Shown one piece after another: positions 50,948 through 64,000 of a DNA stretch of 64,000 bases (its first letter is position 1; each line of letters opens with the position of its first letter). This stretch comes from Octopus vulgaris (taxonomy: Eukaryota). The position numbers and the translations under genes were made by a program. The stretch spans positions 121,272,001 through 121,336,000 of the forward strand of contig OX597818.1 in assembly GCA_951406725.2 (NCBI GenBank). Reading direction: 5' to 3'. The notes under the pieces were generated by a model. It was not told where the DNA came from. It worked only from the letters and a program-made list of their open reading frames with translations, and did not search any database.

Positions 50948-51595
50948 AGGCGGCGAGCTGGCAGAAACGGTAGCACGCCGGGCGAAATGCGTGGCCGTAT
51001 TTCGTCTGCCGTTACGTTCTAGGTTCAAATTCCGCCGAGGTCGACTTTGCCTTTCATCCTTTCGGGGTCGATTAAATAAGTACCAATTACGCACTGGGGT
51101 CGATATAATCGACTCAATCCGTTTCTCTGTCCTTGTTTGTTCGCTCTGTGTTTAGCTCCTTGTGGGTAGTAAAGAAATAGGTATTTCGTCTGTCTTTACG
51201 TTCTGAGTTCAAATTCCGCCGAGGTCGACTTTACCTGTCATCTTTCGGGGGTCGATAAATTAAGTACCAGTTGCGTGCTGAGGTCTTGGCCCCCTACCCC
51301 AAAATCTCGATCCTTGTTCCTAGAGTAGAAAAGAATATTTTAGCGTAATAAGCCGGCGAGCTGACAGAAACGTTAGCATGCCAGGCGAAATGCTTAGCGG
51401 TATTTCGTCTGCCGCTACGTTCTAAGTTCAAATTCCGCCGAGGTCGACTTTGCTTTTCATCCTTTCGGGGTCGATTAAAATAAGTACCAGTTACGCAATT
51501 GGGGGTCGATATAATCGACTTAATCCGTTTGTTTGTCCTTGTTTGTCCCTTCTGTGTTTAGCCCCTTGTGGGCAATAAAGAAATAAAGAAAGAAT
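50948..51595 (+). mobile_element. SINE S1 dimer (50948-51337) followed by a monomer (51350-51595)
   Basis: Homologous to 40146-40544 and 16739-16972; monomer tail has AATAAA. Confidence 0.92.
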
Positions 51596-51941
51596 TGTTA
51601 TTAACTGTCGTGCTTGTTGTTATTTGCATATTTATAGGTGGTGACGAAGGTTGCAGTGGTGGTGGTGATGGTGGTGCCGCCGCCGCCGCTGCTGCTGATA
51701 CGATGATGACGATGATGATGATTGTCGTCGTCATCGTCGTCATCATCGTTCTAACCGTAATTAGTACTAACTAGTAACAACAGTTGCAACACTAACATCA
51801 AGCACCAAATGCTCATTTTCTCTCTCTACTTTCTAGTATAGTTTAACGTAAGGTCACAACCAATGTATTTTCAGTACTTTATTTCAGATTATCCTATTTT
51901 CTAACGGACCCTTCCTTTATTTCACTTTATTTTACGTTTCC

Positions 51942-51943
51942 CT

Positions 51944-52042
<99 letters not shown>

Positions 52043-52106
52043 ATTCTTCCATCTTTCTTTCTTTCTTTCTTTCTATTCTTCCATCTTTCTTTCTTTCTTT
52101 CTTCTT

Positions 52107-52184
<78 letters not shown>

Positions 52185-52221
52185 CATCCATCCAACCTTC
52201 TATCCATCCATCCATCCATCC

Positions 52222-52263
<42 letters not shown>

Positions 52264-52279
52264 TTTCTTTCTCTCTCTA

Positions 52280-52337
<58 letters not shown>

Positions 52338-52385
52338 ATTCTTCCATTTCTTTCTTTCTTTCTTTCTTTCTCTTCTTTCTTTCTT

Positions 52386-52440
<55 letters not shown>

Positions 52441-52526
52441 ATCTTTCTATCTTTCTACCTTTCTATCTTTCTATCTTTCTTTCTTTCTATCTTTCTATCT
52501 TTCTTTCTTTCTACCTTTCTATCTTA

Positions 52527-52561
<35 letters not shown>

Positions 52562-52635
52562 TCCTTCTTTCTTTCTTTCTTTCTTTTTTTCTTTATTTAT
52601 TTATTTATTTACCCATTTATTTATTTATTTATTTC
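51942..52635. repeat. ~690-bp polypyrimidine (CTTT)/(CTAT)/(CCAT)/(TTTA) tract
   Basis: Direct inspection; essentially no G on + strand. Confidence 0.95.
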
Positions 52636-53209
52636 AGTGTTTGTTTTTGTCTTTATTCTTTCTAAGAACTTTTACTTGTCTTTTGCTGTTCGCCTTTTTG
52701 TTGTTTTTTTTTTAAATATTATTTTCTTCCTTTCCTTGATTCCTTTATTTTATTTTAAATTTAATTAATCCACGGGATGATTCAAATTCCTGTAAGTGCA
52801 CAATGCTTTCTCTGTGATGGGTGGTATCATGATGGCAAGTTTCTTGAGAGGAAGGGTGAAAGAAAGAGAGAGAGAGAGAGAGAGAGACAGACCGATAGAT
52901 ATACAGACAAGACGAGTGAACGGAGAAAATAAAAAACAAAAACAAAATGAATAGGAGGCGAAGAAGTGATATAGTTACTACGTATATAACGAATAAAGTG
53001 AGATAAAAATTATTAAATAGGGAGATGGATAGATAAATAGATACTGAGAGAGAGAGAGAGAGAGAGAGAGAGGTGGATAGACAGATAGATACTGTGTGAG
53101 AGGGAGACAGGGAGGAGGAGTGTGAGTATGATAAAGGAAGAATTGTCTGGAGAAGTGAAGGGAAACGAGAAACATGAAGAAGATTAGATAATAAAAATAA
53201 ATAAAGGCC

Positions 53210-53383
53210 AAGGGGTGGCTGTGTGGTAGAAAAGTACGCTTCCTAACCACATGGTTCCGGGTTCAGTCCCACTGAGTGAAACCTTGGGGAAAGCAGCTTC
53301 TATTATAGCCTTGGGCCGACCGAAGTTTTGTGAGTGGATTTGATAAATTTGGCAAACGGGAACTGAAAGAAACTCGTCGTGTA

Positions 53384-53439
<56 letters not shown>

Positions 53440-53822
53440 CATGTGAGAGAAAGTTGTAGCGAAAGAATACAGCAGGGTTCGTTACACCCTGCCCCCCGCC
53501 AGAGCCTCGTGGTGCTTTTAGGTGCTTTCGCTCAATAAACACTCAAAACGCCCGGTCTGGGAATCGAAACCGCGATCCTATGACTGCGAGTCCGCTGCTT
53601 TAACCACTGGGCCATTGCGCCTCCAAAGTCCAATATATATATGCACACACATACACATACACACATGTTTGGCTTGTTTTAGATTCCGTCTTTCAAATCC
53701 ACTCACAAGGCTGTGGTCGGCCCGAGCCTACAGTAGAAAACAGTTGCACAAGGTGGCACTCTGTGAGCCCGAACCCGGAAATTGTGGTTGGGAAGTATGC
53801 TTCTTATCACGCAACCACGTCT
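53210..53822. mobile_element. SINE cluster: S2 head (+, 53210-53380), S3 (-, 53443-53623), S2 head (-, 53665-53822)
   Basis: Matches to the families above. Confidence 0.85.
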
Positions 53823-54049
53823 ACCACATATATGCATATGCATGTTTCATTAAATACACGATTCTGGTTAAGTCTATTCATTAGACTTTCAGTTGATTTG
53901 GAATAGTACAAAGTTCCTAAAACTGCAAAAAGAACAAAAAAGTGAACGTCACAAACTATTAGTTAGTGTTTCTTACAATCATTTGTCAAGCAGTTGTGAT
54001 GATAAAGAAATTTGTATTATCACAGCTGTGTGACGAACAGTCACGTGAA

Positions 54050-54615
54050 ACTCTGAGGGTTATTCACTTCGCTATTTCCCATTGATGAAGGCTAAGGAAC
54101 CAGAAACACGCGTCAGGAAATTCGCTAGGTAGAAGCCCTGTGCAGGTATGGTGTTTTTTTTTTTTACACCTTTTGCCATGAGCCAGGTTTTTTTCCCATA
54201 CGGTACCTGCTATGAATTTGCCTTTAGAAGTCAAAATATGTCACAAGCATAATTTAATTAACCTGAAGTTCGTTTATTGTTAACAACTGCTGGGCACTAG
54301 TGCTGTAATTTTTATTCTGACCAAGCGGTCGACTAGCGCAACTCAGTCGCTGATATTCATTATCATTTAATGGAAGCTACGGCTTTGAATCTGCTCAGGG
54401 TTATCTTCCTTCGGTATTTTCTCATAGAGGAAGATTAAAGAGCCAGAAACGCGCATCTGCGAATCCGCTAGAGAGAAGCACTGGGTAGGAAGGGTATTTT
54501 TACACCTTTTTACCATAAGAGAGAAATTTTTCTGCACTGTTGCTGTAGAGTGAAATTTTTTCTATAGAAGTTAAGATATGTCATAATCATATTTGACTTA
54601 AAGTTCGTTTATTCC
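54050..54615 (+). repeat. Diverged direct repeat, period ~340 bp, each unit with a degenerate HHR-like motif
   Basis: AGGGTTAT...CCAGAAAC...CGCTAG..AGAAGC...TTTTACACCTTTT...AAGTTCGTTTATT occurs at 54056-54278 and 54397-54613. Confidence 0.75.
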
Positions 54616-54634
54616 TAACCAATGCTTGACGCTG

Positions 54635-54688
<54 letters not shown>

Positions 54689-54704
54689 GTACACATACAT
54701 ATAT

Positions 54705-54856
54705 ATATAAAACAGTTAAGTGACCGCTGATATATATATACACATATATATATACATATATATATATATAAAACAGTTGAGTGACCGCTGATATATATAC
54801 ACATATATATATACATATATATATATAAAAACAGTTAAGTGACCGCTGATATATAC
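54705..54856 (+). repeat. Three tandem copies of AAAACAGTTRAGTGACCGCTGA separated by TA/CA microsatellite
   Basis: Copies at ~54709, ~54770, ~54828. Confidence 0.92.
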
Positions 54857-54906
54857 TGGATCGTATTTTCTTATGGTCTTATAATTTTCCAGATGGCCGG
54901 TCACTG

Positions 54907-55630
54907 TACAGGAGTGAGCTAAGATAGTAGTACGCTATGAAGCGTGAAATTCCATTGTTTTGGTTCAGTGATGGTAGCGTGCATAGAAAGGTAAGCATGC
55001 AACACTATGTCCGGGGACTATAAGAAGTTGTCATGCAAAGCTGATGACCACGGGCTCTGTGAACGATGCAAGAAGAGGTGGCCGTCCACCTGATCAGCGA
55101 AGAACGTGGCAACAGTACATGACATGTTTAATCACAGCCCGCGAAAATCAGCGCGTCAAGCAGCTCGTGAAGGTGAACTAGCAAGACACAATACGTACGG
55201 TGTTGCATAAAGAATTGAATTTTCGTCCGTGGAAACCCCATTACGTGCAGGGGCTAAAACCTGATGGGACGACGTGGACCTCATGAATGGCCTCCAAGGA
55301 GTCCACGTCTCACCCCATATGATTTTTATCTGTGGGGTTACACAAAAGAGGTGTACAAGAAGAAAATCTCGCACACTGGAGGACTTCGAGGCACGGATTC
55401 AAGAGGTTTTCAATATCCTGGACAACGTCCTTCGGAAGGTTGTTCTTTCCATGCGTGGCCGTTTGAAGAAACTGGTTGATGCCACTGGTGCTTACGTTGA
55501 AATATGAAGATTTACTTACCTTTTTTCATGTAATAAAGAACATGTATCACTAGTTTCAATAAACTTGTAAAAGGAATATGGATTTTATTAACAATTTTTA
55601 ATGCCTATTTACTTTTCACCAACCCTGTAT
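54907..55630 (+). pseudogene. Internally deleted Tc1/mariner-superfamily transposon (DUF4817-type transposase)
   Basis: TGSVNDARRGGRP, FNHSPRKSARQAARE, WPPRSPRLTPYDFYLWGY, RLKKLVDATGAYVEI; termini TACAGG and CCCTGTA. Confidence 0.85.
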
Positions 55631-55999
55631 ATACTTATACTGATTTTTTTTGCTCATCACTAACTTCCGAAGATCGGAAACAGGAAACACGAATTAATGA
55701 ATTTTGATGCTTTTAGTAGCCTCTAAATATAATATAAATAACTCTACTTTCTGTATTGAGGGTATTCTCTGCTACTTGTTGTTCACATAATTTGCACTCA
55801 TATGTTCGTGTTTGTATTGATATCAGCAAAGACGGGACTCACTATAAACAGATTAAAAATAGATGAATAACAACGTTAAAATGAAGTACTTTTAACACGA
55901 ATAACAAGAATATCCCTATTCCATCCTCAAAATAATTTATGTGAAATGTTTTATAGGGAATACGGAAAAAACTCGGAAGATGATATACACTAATATGTA

Positions 56000-56013
56000 A
56001 GTGTGTATGTAAG

Positions 56014-56061
<48 letters not shown>

Positions 56062-56089
56062 GCGTATGTATATGTATATATATATATGC

Positions 56090-56125
<36 letters not shown>

Positions 56126-56720
56126 GTATATACATATATGTATATATATTCATTTGAACACATTCATATATGCTTACACACAACATACTTTCATATATGT
56201 ACACATGCATTTATATAAACGCGTACATACATATACGCATATATACATACTTACATACACACACATATGCTTAAATAAATACATGCACACACACACACAT
56301 ACATACAGATATGCATATGTGTGTATATGTCTGCGTGTGCATGTGTGTGTGTGTGTGTATGTGTGTGTATGATGTTTAAAAAATAAAAATTACATCCTGG
56401 TTATATTGCACCTTGTCACCGGGCTTCTCTTTTTTTTTTAAATTGCTGCTCACTTCCCGACAGGCAATGTTCAGCTGTCAACACACATATAGGATAGACT
56501 TTCAGAGTTGAACTCCAAAAACCAGGGACCAAACTGGAATGTTGAATAAACCGTAAAGATAAATAGTTTTCAGTGCAGAGTGAACGAGTGCACCACTATA
56601 CGGCTGTGTTTATGGCAAACATGATGGTTGAGAAACAACGTATAGGAGAAACAGCGACAAAATGAAATTGGAAAGAAAAAAAATCTTACTTTGTTTCACC
56701 CTCTTTTTTCTTTATCTCGC

Positions 56721-56761
<41 letters not shown>

Positions 56762-57026
56762 CTCTCTCTCTCTCTCTCAATTTCTCTCCCTCTGTCTCTC
56801 TTCCCCCCCAGTCTCTCTCTCTCTTTCTCTCTTCCGTTCTCTTTCTGCTTCTCTCACTCCCTCTTTGTAAGCACTATGCGCGAGTGTAACACGTTTACGT
56901 ACATGAGTGCTAAATACTTACAAATACACACACACACACACACACATATATATATGTATACAGATTTATATACATACATATATATATTTATATATATATA
57001 TATATATATACATACAAATATATACA

Positions 57027-57115
<89 letters not shown>

Positions 57116-57118
57116 ATG

Positions 57119-57150
<32 letters not shown>

Positions 57151-57152
57151 CA

Positions 57153-57194
<42 letters not shown>

Positions 57195-57280
57195 TATATA
57201 TATATATGTATATATGTATGTATGCATATATATATATGCATACACGTGTGTGTGTGTATTCATATATGTGTATATATTAT
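56000..57280. repeat. TA/CA/TG/CT microsatellite fields (56000-56370, 56720-56860, 56926-57280)
   Basis: Direct inspection. Confidence 0.9.
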
Positions 57281-57636
57281 TTCATACGGCTATATATCTA
57301 TATCTTTAATTGATGTAATTATCAGACAGACTCACACACACGCACACGCCTGCTCTAGTACACACTCACGCACTCACATGCACACATACGCGGGTGTGAG
57401 CGAAGAAGCCTGCTTGAACAACGCCACCTGCCCATCGATACCTGTAGTACCGTCTGCTTTGATACAAATATTTATACCAGGTCTCGTAGATCGGAGACTG
57501 GATCTGAATATTTGCTACAGAAATTTTACTTTTCCTCCCATCTCTGCTTGTCATGGAATTCTTGCAATAAATGTTTATTTTTTCAGCCTTTTACTATATA
57601 TATAGTAAGCTTATTGTCTGTATTAATTTTAAAAAA

Positions 57637-57767
57637 TTGCTTACCAACCACATGGTTCCGGGTTCAGTCACACTGCGTGGCACCTTGTGCAAGTGTCTTA
57701 TACTATAGCCTCGGGCCGACCAAAGCCTTGTGAGTGGATTTGGTAGAAGGAAACTGAAAGAAGCCCG

Positions 57768-57810
<43 letters not shown>

Positions 57811-57995
57811 AAAATGAATATACGCGGATTTTAGCGACGAAAATATTTTGACGAATTAAACTTAAATGTTGAAGTGAATCGAACGGCTTTTGTGTGTTTC
57901 TTAAATGGCTTATAAACACCTTCCACGCTGCAATTGTTTTCGTTTCAGCACACGATCTCAGATCAAATTACTTGCTATGCGAGTACATCTCCGTA

Positions 57996-58042
<47 letters not shown>

Positions 58043-58540
58043 AATTTGATGGAATGTTATTCCTAACTTACAGGGAAAAATTCAATTTAGAAATACAAAA
58101 TCAAATTTCACAAATATAATATATATATAAAAATTAGAAAAAAACATCTTTTACCAATTCAAAACGAACAATTAAATTACACCATCTAGAAAATTACATA
58201 TAATAGAAATATTAAAAATATAGTAACAGTAATATACCAATGATTAAGTAAATTTCAAAATAATAATAAAAATAATAAATACATATATGTATATGTATAT
58301 GTATGCATGTATGTGTGTGTATATGTTTGTGTGTCTGTTTTTGTCCCCCCACCTCAATATCGCTTGACAACCGATGCTGGTGTATTTACATCCCTGTAAA
58401 TTAGCGGTTCGGCAAAAAAAAAAAAAACCCGATAGAATAAGTACTAAGCTTACAAAGAATAAGTCCTGGGTCGATTTGCTCGATTAAAAGGCGGTGTTCC
58501 AGCATGGCCGCAGTTAAATAACTGAAACATCTAAAAGAAT
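57637..58540 (+). mobile_element. SINE S2 split at its internal microsatellite by ~500 bp of insertions
   Basis: 5' half 57637-57770, 3' half 58320-58540. Confidence 0.85.
57823..57995 (+). mobile_element. Family C single arm, truncated inside the HHR stem II loop
   Basis: GCGACGAAAATATTTTGAC...GCGAGTACATCTC matches 9030-9188. Confidence 0.88.
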
Positions 58541-58655
58541 ATATATCTATACAGATGTAAATGATTTATAATTGAATATAAAATGCAATAAAATAAGTTG
58601 TTTCTACTCGTTTATTAAGCTGCAAAACGATTGTTGTTAAATGTGAATATCACAT

Positions 58656-58713
<58 letters not shown>

Positions 58714-58902
58714 CATACATACATACATACATACACATATATATATACACACATGTATATATTAAATGAGACGAATGGACTTTAATATATCACTAAAATT
58801 TATTTTACTAAAAGATATTTTTGTGACGCAACTATATACATGAAAACATATGTTAATGAGCAAAATCTTTTCTATGCCCTTAATTATAATTGTGTTTGCA
58901 TA

Positions 58903-59012
58903 TAAGCTCGAAACGTAAAAGACTTTTTCAATTCCTGAGCGCCATACTAATACATCTGTTTGTTTTCTACACCACCTGTCTTCGTCTTTTGTTTTTTTCG
59001 TGAATTCTCCCT
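58903..59012 (+). mobile_element. Family A copy, truncated inside the HHR stem II loop
   Basis: Begins GCTCGAAACGTAAAAGAC, matches 1213-1320. Confidence 0.88.
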
Positions 59013-59028
59013 ATATGTATATACATAC

Positions 59029-59101
<73 letters not shown>

Positions 59102-59699
59102 TATATGTTGTGATATTCAATCTGGGTTAGTTGTCATAACATACTGTTTAGCCAAAGGAGCTGCAATCTTTATATTCAGTGAGAGGGGTATTTTGATTAT
59201 TTATTCATTTTGAAAGCTATAGATACGAAATGCGATGCAAAACTGAAGATTATTCAATAATATATTATCGAAATAGTAACAGTATTCAGTTGCAACTTAT
59301 TCCCATAAGAAGACCGTACGTGTTCTTTTTTCTTAATTTACGAGACGTAATGCAATTGATCAACCTATTGCAAGTAATATATGACTTCATAAAAGCCATT
59401 CAAAAGGACGAATTTCAAATGAAAATGTTAGAATTAATGTTGCCAAAGAAACTTCAGAAAGACTACAATGAGAAAATATATCAAACTAGCAAGTGCCTGA
59501 GTGATTCCAGCTGATGTGATAATGTTACTGCAAAGTGCAAGCCTCCACTTGTACGATATTAGTTATGTAAAAACTGCAGACAACAAAGAATCAACCAATC
59601 AGAAAACTGAAGATGGAAATGATATTGTCGAAGCTTAAACTCTACATTTAGATCATTGTATTGAAAAGCTTTGGTATATTTTTGAAAGCTTTGAGCTGA

Positions 59700-59860
59700 A
59701 GGCGAGTAGCATAGAGGTTAGGGTGTTGCACGCACGGTCGTAAGATCGTGATTTCGATTCCCGGGCTGGTCAGTACGTTATATTCTTGAGCAAAACTCTT
59801 CGTTTCACTTTGCTCTAATCCTCTCAGGTGTACATGGGTTCCTGCAAAATGTGGAATGTC
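59700..59860 (+). mobile_element. Diverged S4 SINE
   Basis: GGTTAGGGTGTTGCAC...TTTCGATTCCC...TTCTTGAGCAAAAC. Confidence 0.75.
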
Positions 59861-60419
59861 AACTTGCACTATAGTTCAGGTATTTGATGTGTGACATAAT
59901 TCAATAACGTGTTCCCTTGGTGATATGGTTTGGTTTAGCACCCAGTTTGAACATCCAACGCAGATAACTACAATGGTGAAGCGTACGTAGGGAACAAATT
60001 ATATAATCTTGTGTTTATCATAACTTCTCTCTCACACTCGCGTACACACACCCATACAGATATCTATATATTATGATTTCACTTGGGCATAGTTATAGTA
60101 ATAACCAGTTGTTAGAACTCAAAATACTTCTGCCTTAGTAGTGTTAGTGTAAAAGATCAGAAAAGTATAGAGCATAATATATCTTAATGAATGACTAGAG
60201 AACAGAAACTACGCAATCACCTTCATGCCTTACAGCCGTTTCTGCTTTCAGAGGTCAGTGCCGGTACAACATCCTATAGTTTCTACGGAGCCATTCAAAT
60301 GTAGTGTTTAATAGACTCTTGTTGTTTTCTCTTATTATTATTATTATTATTGTTGTTGTTGTTGTTGTTGTTGTTATTATTATTAATATTATTTTTATTA
60401 CGGATTCTCTTTGTGTTGA

Positions 60420-60520
60420 ACGTGCGAAACATAGACGTTAGGGCGTAGCACGCACGATCGTAAGATCGTGGTTTCGATTCCAGCACCGGACGGTGTGTTA
60501 TACTTTTGAGCAAGACACTC
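60420..60520 (+). mobile_element. S4 SINE head fragment
   Basis: GTTAGGGCGTAGCACGCACGATCGTAAGATCGTGGTTTCGATTCC. Confidence 0.75.
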
Positions 60521-60790
60521 TAAACAACATGACATACGAAAACAAACGAGTTAAATGCGCAATCAATGAGTGAAAAGAAATGGAAAACAGGACAAGTAAA
60601 CACAGAAAAAGGACCCTTCATCAGTTGTCGGCTGTTTATCTACTCCAAATTTCGAGCATGCTACGACAATATTAGTCTTCAAAGGCTAAATTCCATAAAT
60701 TCCAAAATAAAATTTAGGATTTATGGAAGGTCAAAGTTAGGAACAAAAACAAGACAGTGGAGACATACAAGGAAACCGAAAGAAAATAAA
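60521..60790 (-). mobile_element. Family F-like repeat fragment
   Basis: CCCTTCATCAG motif and flanking layout like 20845-20915. Confidence 0.5.
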
Positions 60791-60961
60791 CATGGAGGAT
60801 CGTTAGACCAGAAAGAGAGGTTCATAGGACTGGACGTTCCCTTTCGCTCTCTCTCTCTTCTATCTTTTCTCTTTCAAAAGAAAATATTTCTCCCAGCGTT
60901 CACTATTTCCACTATTTTCCTATTATTTATATTATTACACACACACACACACACATAAATA

Positions 60962-61299
60962 TATACGACGGGCTTCTTTCAGTTTCCGTCAACCGAATCA
61001 ACTCACGAGGCTTCGGTCAGCTCGAGGCTATAGCAGAAGACATTTGCCCAAGGTGCTACGCAGTGGGACTGAATCCGGAACCATGTGGTTTGGAAGCAAG
61101 CTTCTTACCACACATTCACACTGTATATACATAAATAGGCGCAGGAGTGGCTGTGTGGTAAGTAGCTTGCTAACCAACCACATGGTTCCGGGTTCAGTCC
61201 CACTGCGTGGCATCTTGGGCAAGTGTCTTCTGCTTTCGCCCCGGGCCGACCAATGCCTTGTGAGTGAATTTGGTAGACGGAAACTGAAAGAAGCCTGTC

Positions 61300-61349
<50 letters not shown>

Positions 61350-61555
61350 TTGTGTGTCTGTGTTTGTTCCCCTAGCATTGCTTGACAACCGATGCTGGTG
61401 TGTTTACGTCCCCGTCACCTAGCGGTTCGGCAAAAGAGACCGATAGAATAAGTACTGGGCTTACAAAGAATAAGTCCCGGGTAGATTTGCTCGACTAAAG
61501 GCGGTGCTCCAGCATGGCCGCAGTCAAATGACTGAAACAAGTAAAAGAGTAAAAT
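60962..61555. mobile_element. Head-to-head SINE S2 pair (-, 60962-61112; +, 61137-61555)
   Basis: Both match the S2 consensus; ~25-45 bp between paired regions. Confidence 0.92.
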
Positions 61556-61564
61556 AAATAAATG

Positions 61565-61800
61565 AGGCGCTTGGCTTAGCAGTTAGGGTGTCAGCATCAT
61601 GATCGTAAGATTGTGGTTTCCTTTCCTGGACCGTGCGACGCGTTGTGTTCTTGAGCAAAACACTTCATTTCACGTTGCTCCTGTCCACTCAGCTGGCAAA
61701 AATGAGTAACACTGCGATGGACTGGCGTCTTGTCCAGCTGGGGAACACATACGCCATAGAAACCGGGAAACTGGACCCATGAGCCTGGCTATGCTTTAAA
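61565..61800 (+). mobile_element. SINE S4 with V-domain-like tail
   Basis: GGCGCTTGGCTTAGCAGTTAGGG head; GCGATGGACTGGCGTCTTGTCCAG...GAAACCGGGAAAC tail shared with 23990-24070. Confidence 0.88.
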
Positions 61801-62269
61801 AGGGCGCATTTATTTTAAACGGCGGTGCATCAGCATGGCCGCAGCTCTGAGCTGAAATAAAATTAAAAAAAAATATATATATATATTTACACACACATAT
61901 ATATATATATATGTGGTGGGGGGACCACCTTAATTTAGACGGATATTTATACATATATATGTATATATATAAATATATACACAAATGCGTGTGCATACGT
62001 ACATATACATATATAATTCATATCAATATAGGCGCTTAAATGTGCGCAACCCCTGCAAGCCTACCAACGCTGGTGGATAATACTGCAATATATCTTATTT
62101 ATGTATGATCTTGTCAAGATACTCGGTGTACTAATGTAATAACAGCTGGTTATTCGCTCTACGCAACAGAATGCATAATGGTATTTATCTAGGCACTTAA
62201 CGATGGTGTACATTGAGAAGGTGAAAGAGAACACGAACGAAAAAGCGGAAGAACGATATCAACATTCGT

Positions 62270-63455
<1,186 letters not shown>

Positions 63456-63477
63456 TGATCTCTTCTGTCTTTAATTA

Positions 63478-63915
63478 CCTGAAGATTTCCAGTAAGAAAG
63501 TAGCTGCTTTCTAACAAAGGTACAACGCTCCAGCCTTTGAATGTAGATAACGAAAATATTGTTACATTTCGAACTTGAGAAATTTCTTACATATCTCTAC
63601 TATTCTACTTACAAATTGCATTCGTAATTGACATGCTAGCTGCTTGATGTTTGTTCTGAAAACCCTTGCTTCTTCCAATTATCACTTAAGCATTTATTCA
63701 GAAAATGAAGTACATTAATTATTACTGTTATGTAAGTATGTCACTTATGTATTTAATTATTTAAATTTTTCCTCTGAAGAAGAAGGAGCAGGTTTCTAAC
63801 AAAGATACAAAGCTCCATCTTTGGAATATATATAACCAAAATAATGTCACATTTTAAACTTGAGTAAAGTCTTGCATAGTTTTACTGTTCCGCTTATAGA
63901 CTGTATTTGTAATGT
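63478..63915 (+). repeat. Diverged direct duplication, period ~285 bp
   Basis: TTTCTAACAAAGRTACAA.GCTCCA...ACATTT..AACTTGAG at ~63508 and ~63793. Confidence 0.8.
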
Positions 63916-64000
63916 GCGAATCAATATGATTTCATTTTATGAAAATCCAAGCTTATCCTGACTGACAGTTAGGCATTTACTTACCAAACCAACTGCTCCA

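Noticed and set aside
54705-54856. CRISPR-like repeat-spacer pattern
   Set aside because: Spacers are TA/CA microsatellite, there are no cas genes and the context is eukaryotic; simple tandem duplication
56535-56550. TGGAATGT miR-1 seed-like word
   Set aside because: Rest of mature miR-1 does not match and no precursor hairpin is evident
63478-63915. Retrozyme reading of the 285-bp duplication (both units preceded by CTGAAGA)
   Set aside because: No stem II or GAAA at a suitable distance in either unit

Overview
AT-rich, microsatellite-saturated eukaryotic intergenic/intronic DNA, most likely from an octopus (inferred from the tRNA-Arg-type SINE families and repeat style; not database-checked). 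No intact protein-coding gene can be supported, and nearly all supplied ORFs are translations of simple repeats. The window contains four tRNA-derived SINE families with shuffled modules, non-autonomous Helitrons (one with an empty paralogous site), decayed mariner/Tc1 transposases, and R4/Dong-like, CR1/Jockey-like and L1/Tx1-like LINE relics. The most striking signal is a dense set of short, non-coding, often fold-back elements that sit in (TA)n/(AAT)n tracts and carry minimal type I hammerhead ribozyme (HHR) motifs of the Penelope-like/retrozyme kind. These include a tRNA-Arg-headed (Pol III-type) HHR element, a family with a swapped G3:C8 core pair, a family with a fixed U6 core variant, and an HHR with a roughly 65-nt extended stem II. 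All coordinates were read by eye and are approximate to a few bases; no ribozyme activity has been shown.
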